This document shows positions 20,160-30,816 of a stretch of 57,441 bases of DNA, in pieces (position 1 is the stretch's first letter; every line of letters starts with the position of its first letter). A model generated the notes under the pieces. The model saw nothing but the letters and a program-made list of their open reading frames with translations. It did not search any database and was not told the DNA's origin. Both the position numbers and the translations under genes were made by a program. This DNA is from an uncultured Methanosarcinaceae archaeon (GTDB taxonomy: Archaea; Halobacteriota; Methanosarcinia; Methanosarcinales; Methanosarcinaceae), in the NCBI GenBank assembly GCA_963847185.1, contig CAWJYV010000009.1, positions 1 through 57,441 of the forward strand, read 5' to 3'.

Positions 20160-21155
20160 TCATTTGTTTACAATTGCTGAATTTATTGCGATTTCAGCTA
20201 TATTAGAGCCAAGATCTCCTATTCTGGCGAGACTATCCACAACTGTCCCAAGAGAGATCATGACCTCATAAGATTCCAATCTAAGGATAGATGCGCGCAC
20301 TTCCCCTACTCTTGCATGCATTTCTTTAACGTTATTTATTACTTTGTTTGCAAGAGAGGTATCTGCAGCAAAAAGTGCCTCAACTGACTGCTTCACCAAT
20401 TCCATGTAAGCATTATTAAGAGTCTCTACATCTTCAATAACATTGTCTTTAATAGGCTGTTGCAATTTCGAAGCAACATTTGCTATTCTCTGTGAATGGT
20501 CTGCTATCCTCTCAAGAGGACTTGCGGCCATTCTAAAATCATGATATTCCTCAATGCTTGTCTCTGCAGAATCCGGCATTCTTCCTCCGCAAAGGATAGA
20601 GCGGAACTGTTTGGAAATCAGGAGGCATAACCTGTCAACTTCATCATCTCTCTGGCTAACATCAAGGGCAAGGTCATGGTCAGCCGTTCTAAGGGCTCTG
20701 ATCGCATCTTTTTGCATGGACCCTGCAATAAGGAACATTCTATGTACCCCTTTTTTGATAGGAAGCTCATTCGGGTTCAGAAGATCCTGGATAACTACGA
20801 AGTTTGAGCTCTCTTCAATAATTTCAGGGCCTATCAGTTTGTAGCAAACTTTCCTGATTATCTGCTTTTGTTCTGCCAGTATTCTTTTTGACGAAAACTC
20901 GATTCTGTCATATCCATAAAGGTATGCCGCGATAATATCTCTCTCTAATGCATTTACTTCATAACCGGTAACATCCATTCTCTTGGTTTTAATTTCCCGT
21001 TCTTCCAGAATCGGGTCTATCAATAGTTTTCCGTCTGGCTGTGCATAAAGAGCAACCCTAACGCCTGTTTTGATACCGACTTTCTCAGCCCATTGTTTAG
21101 GAAGAGAAATAATATAAGTAGATCCACCTGTCTGCTGTACTTTTCTGGTCTCTAT
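20160..21155 (-). CDS. phoU: Phosphate uptake regulator PhoU with N-terminal AbrB domain
   Basis: Two PhoU repeats (DDEVDRL, ERIADH, RIGDLGSNIAE); frame extends upstream without a stop to (I)ETRKVQQTGGSTYIISLPKQW beginning at ATA 21155. Confidence 0.85.
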   Translation of the reverse strand: METRKVQQTGGSTYIISLPKQWAEKVGIKTGVRVALYAQPDGKLLIDPILEEREIKTKRMDVTGYEVNALERDIIAAYLYGYDRIEFSSKRILAEQKQIIRKVCYKLIGPEIIEESSNFVVIQDLLNPNELPIKKGVHRMFLIAGSMQKDAIRALRTADHDLALDVSQRDDEVDRLCLLISKQFRSILCGGRMPDSAETSIEEYHDFRMAASPLERIADHSQRIANVASKLQQPIKDNVIEDVETLNNAYMELVKQSVEALFAADTSLANKVINNVKEMHARVGEVRASILRLESYEVMISLGTVVDSLARIGDLGSNIAEIAINSAIVNK

Positions 21156-21397
21156 ATCGATTCCCCGTTTTTGGTTAATAAGCGTAAATCTGAAACAATT
21201 AATATATAGAATTACTTATATTGGATATTCATTAATATATAGATACGCCTATTCTATATATTGAACTCAACTTTTTTATTTATATCCACGAGTTTATTCT
21301 TTTTTATAGATAAGTTTCAGAGATCTTTACCGGAGCACGTTGGGGCCTGCTTCGGAAGGAGGTCGCAAAAATTATTAAATAGCAAAACGTTCTGGAC

Positions 21398-22282
21398 GTG
21401 ATGACATTTGAAGGGTACGCCTGCGCGTCGGGGGCAGGAACCATAATAAATGCTATTGCTACCTGGAAAGGTGCAGCATTCGGGATAGATTTGAAGACCT
21501 TTGCAAAAGTTAAACTTTCAGAAAGTGAAACCGGAATTTCAGGTTTTATTGAAGAGATGCCTGAAGGAGATACCCATCTTATAGAGCGCTGTGTTGAACT
21601 GGCCCTTGAGAAATTCGGAATTGAGCTTGGTGGTACAATAAAGACCAGAAGTGAAATCCCTCTTGCAGGCGGGCTCAAGAGTAGCAGTGCCGCAGCAAAT
21701 GCTTCAGTCCTTGCAACCCTCAAAGCAATTGATGAGACTCTCCCTCCTCTTGAGATAGTTAAACTTGGGGTGAAAGCTGCAAAAGAAGTGGGAGTCACTG
21801 TAACAGGTGCCTTTGATGATGCTTGTGCTTCTTTTTTCGGAGGAATTGTTGTCACTGATAACCGGGAAATGCAGCTTATCAGACGCGAAGAATTCGACTC
21901 GAAAGTCCTGATATTTGCCCCTTCCAGAAAAGCTTTCAGTGCAGATACGAATGTGAAAAGATCTCGATTGATTGCTCCGTATATAGAAATAGCCTACGAG
22001 CTTGCCCTGAAAGGTGACTACGAACGGGCCATGACGCTAAATGGTTTCCTTTACTGTGGAGCCCTTGGATTTGAGACTGAGCCCATACTTCGAGCTCTTG
22101 AATGTGAGGTAAAAGGAGTGAGCCTTTCTGGAACAGGTCCCTCCTATGCAGCACTTGTGAAAGCTGATCAGATAAAGGAGCTGAAATCTGCCTGGGAAAG
22201 CTGCGGAGTTGAAGGTAAAGTCATAGAAACCACTATAACCAATAGAGATGCAATATCTTTACAAAGGGAGGGTTCTGCTTGA
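21398..22282 (+). CDS. aroK: Archaeal (GHMP-type) shikimate kinase
   Basis: IPLAGGLKSSSAAANA, TGAFDDA, LSGTGPS. Confidence 0.92.
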   Translation: MMTFEGYACASGAGTIINAIATWKGAAFGIDLKTFAKVKLSESETGISGFIEEMPEGDTHLIERCVELALEKFGIELGGTIKTRSEIPLAGGLKSSSAAANASVLATLKAIDETLPPLEIVKLGVKAAKEVGVTVTGAFDDACASFFGGIVVTDNREMQLIRREEFDSKVLIFAPSRKAFSADTNVKRSRLIAPYIEIAYELALKGDYERAMTLNGFLYCGALGFETEPILRALECEVKGVSLSGTGPSYAALVKADQIKELKSAWESCGVEGKVIETTITNRDAISLQREGSA

Positions 22283-22566
22283 GCGAACTTGAAGCTGTCC
22301 GCAAAGAAATTGAAGAAATTGATAGGGAAATCCTTGCCCTCATTGATAGAAGAGTCAATCTGGCTGAAAAGGTGCTTGAATCAAAAAGAATAAATGGAAC
22401 TTCGATAAATGACCAGAAGCAAAATGAGATTGTAGTCAACAGGGCCCTAAATGCCGCAACCGAACTCAATCTTGATGTGGGGTCCGTGAAGGCCATTTTT
22501 GAAATTCTTATCAGGATGAGTATCGAACGTCAGAATGAGCTGAGTGGCAAAGGAAACCTGCCCTGA
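22279..22566 (+). CDS. Chorismate mutase (AroQ type)
   Basis: [22 protein letters not shown]; overlaps the aroK stop. Confidence 0.88.
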   Translation: MSELEAVRKEIEEIDREILALIDRRVNLAEKVLESKRINGTSINDQKQNEIVVNRALNAATELNLDVGSVKAIFEILIRMSIERQNELSGKGNLP

Positions 22567-22585
22567 CGTCCAAGAGGAACAAAAA

Positions 22586-22978
22586 ATGGTCGACATCTCA
22601 ATAATTATGGGTTCTGAATCCGACAGATCAATTGCCAATCGTGCAATATCCGTACTTGAAAAAAACAAATATACTTTCGAAGTAATGGTTATTTCCGCTC
22701 ACAGGAACCCGGAAGAACTCGACAATTACGTTAAAAACACCGATGCAAAGGTTTTTATCACAATTGCAGGTTTATCGGCAGCCCTCCCGGGCGTTGTGGC
22801 TTCAAGAACAAAAAAGCCTGTAGTAGGAGTCCCTGTAAGCGCAAAGCTTGGAGGACTCGATGCCCTCCTTTCTATAGCCCAGATGCCACCCGGAGTACCC
22901 GTAGGTAGCGTAGGAATCGACAACGGGGCAAATGGTGCATACTTTGCCCTCAGAATTCTGGATTTAATTGATAGCTAA
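22586..22978 (+). CDS. purE: N5-CAIR mutase / AIR carboxylase catalytic subunit
   Basis: [30 protein letters not shown]. Confidence 0.93.
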   Translation: MVDISIIMGSESDRSIANRAISVLEKNKYTFEVMVISAHRNPEELDNYVKNTDAKVFITIAGLSAALPGVVASRTKKPVVGVPVSAKLGGLDALLSIAQMPPGVPVGSVGIDNGANGAYFALRILDLIDS

Positions 22979-22989
22979 TACGTTTAAAA

Positions 22990-23086
22990 AAACCAAAGTT
23001 TTCTAATAAACTTAAAGAAACCAAAGTTTTCTAATAAACTTAAAGAAACCAAAGTTTTCTAATAAACTTAAAGAAACCAAAGTTTT
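22990..23086. repeat. Tandem repeat, about 3.5 copies of 28 bp
   Basis: AAACCAAAGTTTTCTAATAAACTTAAAG at 22990, 23018, 23046 and partial at 23074. Confidence 0.9.
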
Positions 23087-23287
23087 TTCTTTTCTCGCCG
23101 GATTAGATTCCGGAGATTCTTTTTTGAACCGGCTCCCAAAGTATTCCTTATTCGGGTTAATTCCTTACTCAAGCTTTTTTATTCAGGATATTCTTTTTCT
23201 CTCAGGTTGAGTTCGATATAAAAGGGTGAATAAATTGAGCTTCGTGCTAGAGAAGGGGATTATCTTTTAAAAAAGGAAATGAGATAA

Positions 23288-23375
23288 GGCATCTGAGTAT
23301 TGGGAGTGGGGGGGGGGGGAATAGGGGGTAAAGGATTGTCTGAGGTTTACAATAGAAGAGGGTTTCTCAGATGCC
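23288..23375 (-). ncRNA. Candidate C-rich-loop small RNA, copy 4
   Basis: Perfect GGCAUCUGAG...CUCAGAUGCC stem, long C run, CCCAAUA before the 3' arm, TATA at ~23398-23407, U-tract downstream. Confidence 0.65.
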
Positions 23376-23808
23376 ATATCCATTAATATGGCACAAGATA
23401 TATAAAAATAAAGGTATACTGTTATTTAGTGGGTGTATTAAACAGTACCCTTATTTTTTAAAGAAGAGATTTGAAAAGCAAACTGTAAGATATCTTGAAA
23501 TAGCTTCTTCTTAATGAAAAAGAGCTTTCATAATAGAATTAGACATGTGAAAAGTAAATGAAAACGAGTAATTAGAATGTGAAATAGAAAAAAAATTAAA
23601 ACCCATATCCTGCAGTATTTTTTTGAAAATCACTGTTTTTTCTGATATATTTTTTGAAAAATATTAAAATCATTTAAAATCAAAATGAAACTCGATGAAA
23701 ATTAAATACTATAATTTATATTATTGCAAGTTTTAAAAAAGGAGTGTAAAAACCCTAATTTGAAAATGAGTGGAAAATGGAGGCTAGATCCACTCATAGA
23801 GGTAATAA

Positions 23809-25158
23809 TCACAGAGGCCCTGCATATTTACTCATAATATCTTCCAGCAAAGTAAGCCCTCCGCTGAACCCTGCGTAACTGTGCTCCAGCACAACACGGT
23901 CATATGAAGGGAATGAAACCGTCAGATGTATGGCATTGAATTCAGGACCGGCTATATTACTTTCGAGAGAACTCGCAAGCAGGAATAAGAAATTCCTGTC
24001 TTTTAAATTCTGCCGAATACGATAGGCATCAACTTCATAAATTATCTCGGGCCATGCAGGAGTTTCAAGGCCAGTTGTCAGCTCCTCATTTATTAATTCA
24101 CGGGCTTCTTCAGGTGGATTATCCGTTATCTGGACAATGTCAGGTAGATATCCCACCTCATTTGCAAGGTATTTTGTGATGCTTACAGCCGAATTACTGT
24201 CGGCAACAACTGCGAGATACGGATGTGGTCTGACGATCAAAAGTATGTCGCCAATATATTCTGCAAATCTGTACGCCCGCCTTTCCTCTCTGGCAATCAG
24301 ATCTTCAATAATATCTGCTGAAACATCTAACCTTTCTCCGACTACTCTCAGAAACTCTGAGGTTTGCTTGGGTCCGACCGGAACTCCAGGGAAGGAGATA
24401 TAGGGAGTATCAAATTTTTCCTCAAGTTTTCTTGCAGTCTTGTGACCAATCCAGCTTGAAAGAACAATATTATATTCGGCAGCAGGAATTTTTTTCAGGT
24501 TCTCAAGAGCATCAAACTCTCCTACGATCAGATTTGCCTTCAAGCCTATTTTTTCAAGAAGCGTTTTTATCTCTCTTGCTTCCCCTTTCCAGAATATATG
24601 CTGGGAAGGGACTAGACCGAATACATTTACCAGCCCTTTCTCTTTCGGAGCCTTTTCAAGGAGCTGATCGATTACAGCGTCGAAAAAGTATTCGTAGCCA
24701 TCGTACGAGGTCCCTGCAAACCCTGAGGTATTCACATGTATGATCGGGACTTCAGGGTTCTTTTCTTTATACCCTCTGATAACCGACCCCACGTCATCTC
24801 CGATAAGTGAAGGGACACAGCCGGAGATCACTGCAAATAACTCTCCATTTACAAGTTCTACCGTTGACTCAATAAGCTTTTCAAGTTTTTTCTCGCCGCC
24901 GAAAATCACATGCTCCTCGACTAAAGAGGAACAGGGTGTGCTTGTTCCTCCGTAAGGGCCTCCGGCATTCTGGCCGCCGCCGTAAAATTGGCCAAAAAGC
25001 TGCCCGATCCCACATCCTGCCCCGGAATGGAGGATAGGAACAACTCCAAATATGCCGACGGCAGTTGAATACGCCCCTCCGAGTGCGCAGGAGTAACGCG
25101 GCGCTTCGATCGCGCCTGAAATAAGATTGGCTGTCTGTAAAGATTCATCAATTACCAT
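23809..25158 (-). CDS. Nitrogenase-like component 1, beta (K-like) subunit, group IV (Mar/Nfl-type)
   Basis: P-cluster-type Cys in RYSCALGG, HSGAGC, ISGCVPS; EEHVIFGGEKKL; YAGFSGGLTLLED. Confidence 0.85.
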   Translation of the reverse strand: MVIDESLQTANLISGAIEAPRYSCALGGAYSTAVGIFGVVPILHSGAGCGIGQLFGQFYGGGQNAGGPYGGTSTPCSSLVEEHVIFGGEKKLEKLIESTVELVNGELFAVISGCVPSLIGDDVGSVIRGYKEKNPEVPIIHVNTSGFAGTSYDGYEYFFDAVIDQLLEKAPKEKGLVNVFGLVPSQHIFWKGEAREIKTLLEKIGLKANLIVGEFDALENLKKIPAAEYNIVLSSWIGHKTARKLEEKFDTPYISFPGVPVGPKQTSEFLRVVGERLDVSADIIEDLIAREERRAYRFAEYIGDILLIVRPHPYLAVVADSNSAVSITKYLANEVGYLPDIVQITDNPPEEARELINEELTTGLETPAWPEIIYEVDAYRIRQNLKDRNFLFLLASSLESNIAGPEFNAIHLTVSFPSYDRVVLEHSYAGFSGGLTLLEDIMSKYAGPL

Positions 25159-25171
25159 GATTACACCTGAT

Positions 25172-26717
25172 TCAGTCCTCTGCTTGAAGATAATAAAGCG
25201 AATTAGGCTGTTTGTACCACCAGTCCTTGTATGTACTCTGGGTCTTTTCTTTCATAGTTCTCTGGTACGAATGACTTTTCAATGACTGTAAAAGGAAGTT
25301 TCCAAATGCAATCGCTCCCGTATAACCGCTCTGGGCACTCCAGGGATGTGGATCTGACCTCAGGGCATGTACCCTTGTAACACCCTTGTCGCGCTTGAAT
25401 GCACCTCCCTGGAACGGGCAGGTCATTGCAATATCGGGATCTCTCTGGTTTGTTATGTGGGTCTGTTCTGCAGCCTGGAAGGTATTTACCAGAATGTCAA
25501 AGTCCCCCATCTGGGTGATCAGTTTCTCAAGATCCCTGAGTATTAGGTTGTCAAAGTCCTGGCACATTGCGGCTGAAGATTTAAGGCCGAGTTCGTCAAA
25601 GTACGGGACCTGAGCCAGAAGCCTTCCCTGTCCAAGTGCGCCCAGCACTTCTATCTTCTCTCCATTGCCTTTGAAATTTTCAAATTCACTTCTGATTGCT
25701 TTCAGCTTCGGAAGCCACTTTTCATGTTCCTCTTTGATAAGGGCTTCTACTTCCTTTTCTTTTCCAGTATGTCTTGCAATCTCCCTCAGCCATTCATCCG
25801 TATGTGCAACTCCCATCGGAGAGGGATATAGGAAATAGGGAACTCCATATTCCTGTTCAAGCCCGCGGGCGAGATAGTCAGTATAAGTCGGGCACAGTGG
25901 TGCAGTAACTGCAGCTTCGGAAAGTTGCTCAAACTGCTCCACAGATGCAAATTCGGGAATGAAGTTAACTCTTAGACCTACTTTTTCCAGCAGGCGTTTT
26001 ATTTCCAGCCTATCCTGCCATGTATAGGAAAGCATACTTGCTACATTTACGAGATCTTTCTGTTTCTTTTCCGGTTTTTTGACCAGGTACTTTCAGGACG
26101 GCGTGCCAGAAGGCATCATAGCCGGTCTGGACAAGCCTTGAGCGTGAGCCCTCACAATGGATAGGGACGATTGTTGCTTTTACCTGCGGCTGGTATTTTG
26201 CAACAACTCCTTCAATGTCCTCTCCGATTATTCCTGAGGTACAGGATGTAAGTATGAAGATTGCTTTTGGATTGTACCGTTTCTCAGCCTCGAGGATTGC
26301 TGCGCCGAGTTTTTCTCCGGCACCGTAGACGACATCTTTTTCTCCTATGTTTGTCGTAATCCAGTGAAGATCGTAATTGGCAGGGCGCCCAAGTTCAACA
26401 GGCACGTGCCTGTAGAGTTCACGGTATCCGAGAGCTGAAGACGAGCAGCCTACAGGTGCATGATATATAGCTACAGCATCACGGATTGTTCCGATCCTTA
26501 CTGAAAGGTAGAAGTTCAGAACACAACCACTGGACTGCTGAAAATTCCTTCCTCTCTGCCTCAGGCAGCCTGTACGGGCTTCTTTTACAAGGTCACTTGC
26601 TTTTCCATACCAGACATTTATGCCGTTTGCCCTCTGTTCTCTGTTGGGACATGTGGCCCGTGATAGGTCGATTTTTTCTTCGATAAGTTCATTTTCAGTA
26701 AGTTCTGTTTCTGACAT
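25172..26717 (-). CDS. Nitrogenase-like component 1, alpha (D-like) subunit, split by a single +1 frameshift near 26091
   Basis: QQSSGC, HAPVGC, TSCTSGIIGED, HCEG, LCPTY, TRVH; removing one T at 26091-26093 joins the two ORFs as ..AVLKYLVKKPEKKQKDLVNVASMLSYTW.. Confidence 0.82.
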
Positions 26718-26811
26718 CAATATTACTCCGTAAGATACCCGGTTTCCGTAATGAATTCGTCTCCATTTTATTCTGCTCCTGGCATCACTACGTCTAATTG
26801 AAATCAGTGGA

Positions 26812-26877
26812 TATATAAATCGGGAATTCAGCAAAAATGTGACCTTGTTTCTCATTATCCGAAATTTTGCGGCAAAA
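26812..26877 (-). promoter_or_regulatory. Promoter of D/K-like operon with two-site upstream motif
   Basis: Minus strand TTTTGCCGCAAAA-N28-TTTTGCTGAA-N7-TTTATATA; same layout at 32670-32735. Confidence 0.75.
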
Positions 26878-27116
26878 ACCAATACCCTAACTTCCGTCTT
26901 TTTAGGCGCATATATTCTTTTCCGCATCTCTGAGAGGTCAGATGATTGCTGTTTGGAAATTTTACCTTGCATCTGATGTGCTTAAGTTTAAGCGCATTAG
27001 TTGATATCAGGTGACATTTATGTGCTTAAAAATGCGGAACCAAGGCCAATATAGGAGAAATTCAAGAAAATTTACTAAAATTCATAAATCCCAGAAGAAG
27101 TTAGGGAGGAAATAAA

Positions 27117-27236
27117 ATGACCAAGATAACCGATGAATTAGTGATTCGTGGAAACCACATTAAAAACAGAATTGTAATGGCTCGTATGGTTACTTTTTCC
27201 TTTCATGGAGATTGCCCGACAAGAAATGATGAGTAA
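27117..27236 (+). pseudogene. N-terminal fragment of NADH:flavin oxidoreductase (old yellow enzyme family)
   Basis: GGAGGA RBS then MTKITDELVIRGNHIKNRIVMARM..; resembles the family KNRIVMAPM motif; ends after 39 aa. Confidence 0.65.
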
Positions 27237-27260
27237 AATTAAGAGTCTTAAAGGGAGATT

Positions 27261-27611
27261 TTATTCGAAGTTTTTTTCTTCCAGTATCTTTTGAATATCC
27301 CTTTTCAATTCAGGCAATCTTTCATTTGCAGTATTCCAGACAACACTCAAATTTACACCAAAATAAGCGTGGATTATAACATCCCTGATTCCTGCCATTT
27401 TTCTCCAGGGAACGAATGGATATTTCTTTCTTACCTCTTCAGGAATATGTTTTGTTGCTTCCCCAATAATTTCAAGTGCATGGTTTACAGCAAAAATTGT
27501 TTTTTCATCGGAAACAAATTGATCGAAGTCCATTCCTTCAATAAAATGTTCACAACTTTCAATAGTTTCAAGGATATCTTGCAGATAATTTTCGACATCA
27601 CGCTCAATCAT
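27261..27611 (-). CDS. HepT-like HEPN RNase toxin (DUF86)
   Basis: LEIIGEA, PWRKMAGIRDVIIHAYF (RX4HXY). Confidence 0.9.
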   Translation of the reverse strand: MIERDVENYLQDILETIESCEHFIEGMDFDQFVSDEKTIFAVNHALEIIGEATKHIPEEVRKKYPFVPWRKMAGIRDVIIHAYFGVNLSVVWNTANERLPELKRDIQKILEEKNFE

Positions 27612-27940
27612 ACCTGCACGACCTCTTCAAGAATCCTTTTCCCAATCCTCGGTTTTAACGCGCTTTTCATTACGAGATCCACTTCCAGGCCAAGTATTTC
27701 CGAAAGCTCCTGTTTGAGCCCGATGAATTCTAGGAGGTCAGGTTCTTTAGAGAATTCTACAAGAATATCAAGATCGCTTTCTTCTTTTTGTTCTCCGCGA
27801 ACGTAAGAACCAAAAATTCCCAGATAGCTGACGTTATATTCCTGTGTAAGTTTTGGAAGATGCTGACTAATAATTTTCGAGAAATATGCTGCATCCTTTG
27901 CTTTTTTGTCACTTGACTTGGTGATGGTATTAACTGTCAT
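27608..27940 (-). CDS. MntA-like minimal nucleotidyltransferase antitoxin
   Basis: FGSYVRGEQKEESDLD (GSX10DXD); overlaps the HEPN gene. Confidence 0.9.
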   Translation of the reverse strand: MTVNTITKSSDKKAKDAAYFSKIISQHLPKLTQEYNVSYLGIFGSYVRGEQKEESDLDILVEFSKEPDLLEFIGLKQELSEILGLEVDLVMKSALKPRIGKRILEEVVQV

Positions 27941-28147
27941 GCATCCTCATAGTCTTGAGTTTAGGTTATTACTCGTGAAATTAGTCCTGTAATATATTTT
28001 TGTGTTCAGTATTTAAAAGTAAGGCTTAATTTACCTCTGAATTTTAGTCATATAACTTGCTAATCCTCTTCTGTGATTATACAGGATTTCATAATTTCGA
28101 GCTCTTGATATCTGATATTACCTTATTTTGATCCATTCATGAAACGG

Positions 28148-30255
28148 CTATGTTATATAGTCGAATAATACATTTTCGAGTTTTCTCTCAAATCTTGGAC
28201 TCATTTTGCGTAGAGGAGTTTTAAGCGGCTCATAGAATCTGCCAAATATTTTATAATAATCATTGAAAATAGGTTGAAGTTCCGAACTTATTTTATTATA
28301 AGGAGTTTTAAATGGTTCATAGAATCTGCGAGTTGTTCTACAGTTTTCACTGAAATTAAGTCTATAAACACCTATTTTGCTGATAAATTCGATATTTTCT
28401 TCGCGGAAAAATCCAATCTGCCTGTAGCCTACTTTGCCGTCGTCATCATTTATAGTGAATTCTTCGTCATATAGTGAATTTTCAATTTCAGATTTATTTT
28501 CAAAAAAATTAGGATCAAATGAAGGGCTATCATTATTAAACAATATTATTAATGGATATTCTAAAGGAATTTTTCCATTCCCGACATCATTTTGAAGATT
28601 CTTTAACTGCCCTCTTAATTTTTTTTCTACTGCGTTCTTTATTTTATATCCTCTGCTCCCTTTACCTCCTGGAAAACGTATCTGAGCTTCTCAGTTTGGA
28701 TCCATATGGCTTTCGTAATCATAAAGCAATGTAGCTATTTCAATTAAGACTTTTTCTACACTACACTTATCTTCGATTAATAAATCCAAATTTGATTTAT
28801 AATCTTCAACGTAACTTATTACACGTATTAACACCTATCTACTTATATGATGGGGAAAGAACGCATTCCAATTGATCAAAAATTAGTTCTTGATGAAATC
28901 AACGTTTTAATCAAACATGAAACCAATTCAAGAGTGCTTAAAAGGCTCTATTTTGTAAAATTTAGATTTTTAGGGGATTCAGTAGAAGAAGCCGCTACTA
29001 AAGTTGGAGTTACTAAGAAAACAGGATATTACTGGCAAGATGCCTGGAATAAAGGCGGCTATGCCGCCTTAATACCAAATTTTGGTGGGGGTAGAAAATC
29101 CAAGCTTACCGATGATCAAATAAAAGAGTTAAGAATCTTGCTGGAAAAAAAAGATCATTGGACTACAAGAGAAGCTTTGGAGTTAATAAAGGAAAAATAT
29201 GGGGTAGAGTATTCACAGAAACAAGTAGGAGTTATACTGCATAGTTTTAACATGTATCATTCAAAACCATATACTCTTGACTACAGAAGACCTAAAAATG
29301 CTGAGGAAATTTTAAAAAAAGTTAATAGAAGCAATTCCAGCATATATTGGTCCAGATGATCAATATCTTATAGGTTTTTTGGATGAATCCTCACCACAAA
29401 CAAAAGCAAATACGCAACGATTATGGTCATTTAAAAAGCCTTTGATAACAAAAAATACAGATTATATAAAAGCAAATGCGTTTGCATTCTATTCGATTAA
29501 TGGTAGAAATCTCATCGATTTTATGGAAAGTTCAAAAGCAGAAAATGTATGTGAATTCCTTGAGAAAATTGTGGAACAGAATTTAGGGAAAAGAATAATT
29601 CTTGTTCTGGATAATTCGAGGTCACATCATGCTGATAAAACGGTAAGGAAAGCAAGAGAATTAAATATAACACTTGTGTTTCTTCCTCCTTATTCACCAG
29701 ATCTAAATCCTGTAGAATTTGTATGGAAAACGATTAAGAGAGAAGTATCTGTTAGATTTATTCAATCAAAAGAACATTTAAAAAAGATTATCAAAAATGA
29801 ATTTATGAAAGTGGAAAACTCATTATCATTTGCAAAGAAATGGATGGAAACATTCAATCCACAAATAAAAAGTGTAATTTGTTGAGTCAGGAACTATAGA
29901 TTGAGATATGGGGTATTCCGGTGTTATTTCAAAATAAGGTGCTAGTTTAGCGGCTACTTCAATTTCTGCCAGTGTAGGTAAATCTTTATCGGGATTTAAT
30001 AGATTCGTTTAACTTCCTAGTAGGTTTAGGATACTCTATCTGATAACACATTATAGTTCTGAATAGACTTTCTAGGTAACATTGATACTGATACTCTGGG
30101 ATGCAAAATGTATTTGCTATAATGCCTGGATTTTCTTGATTTAACCGAGCTTTCTTGATTATATTGTCGTAACCAATAGTATTACACAAGCAAGGAGCTC
30201 TTTTTAGATTTGACTCTAAATTTTTAATGTTGAATTCAATTTCAGTAGATGACAT
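28148..30255 (-). pseudogene. Decayed gene interrupted by IS630
   Basis: Coding-like fragments on both sides of the IS (..LAEIEVAAKLAPYFEITPEYPISQS | VEDYKSNLDLLIED..LIEIAT..) with stops and frameshifts. Confidence 0.55.
28811..29897 (+). mobile_element. IS630-family insertion sequence
   Basis: HTH ORF 28847-29359 and DDE ORF (FLDES, LDNSRSH, LPPYSPDLNPVE) ending 29885, joined at an A7 run; right end ..GGAACTATA; left boundary approximate. Confidence 0.88.
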
Positions 30256-30353
30256 TTATACAGACGTACCGAACGTCTACGTTTTCATGCTTTAAGGCAA
30301 ATCTGCTCCAGTGGACTCGACGAGTCGAGAAACAAAAATACTTTTGCTCAAGT

Positions 30354-30635
30354 TCATCTTGATCCTTTCAAGGCAGAAATCCGTTCTTGAATTGATTTTT
30401 GATGTTCTTCTTCACTTAAGGAAGGATCCTTTAAAGAAACCCAGATTTCGCAGGGGATTTGCGGGCAATCGCCGCAATTTAGATAACTTTTTTCCTTAAC
30501 GCATTTATAAACAGGGCAAATATCAGCACCAATATACTGAGTCCAGTAAACTTTGCCTTCAAGTGCGTCACAACCGGCACAGTCATTATTCAGATGAGGA
30601 CATCCGTCACAGTTTACTCCACATACACAGATCAT
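30354..30635 (-). CDS. DUF3795-like Cys-rich protein
   Basis: CGVNCDGC..CAGC..CPVYKC..CGDCPQIPC. Confidence 0.75.
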   Translation of the reverse strand: MICVCGVNCDGCPHLNNDCAGCDALEGKVYWTQYIGADICPVYKCVKEKSYLNCGDCPQIPCEIWVSLKDPSLSEEEHQKSIQERISALKGSR

Positions 30636-30816
30636 CTTATACCTTCCTTAAACAACTTCAGCAAATATAATCAAATTTTGACGTTTAAGGTGAATAACTG
30701 TTTTAGTTATTTAAAGTACTATTTTTGAAACTGATATCAGCCGAAAAGTGGAGAATGACCAAATTTGGTCTTTAACTGTAGTCATTCTTTAGCTTTCTAA
30801 TGCAGATATTTTTTCA

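Noticed and set aside
22990-23086. Possible mini-CRISPR
   Set aside because: Head-to-tail 28-bp repeat without spacers
26010-26012. Pyrrolysine read-through of the TAG ending the upstream D-like ORF
   Set aside because: The continuation is in another frame, so this is a frameshift and not an amber codon
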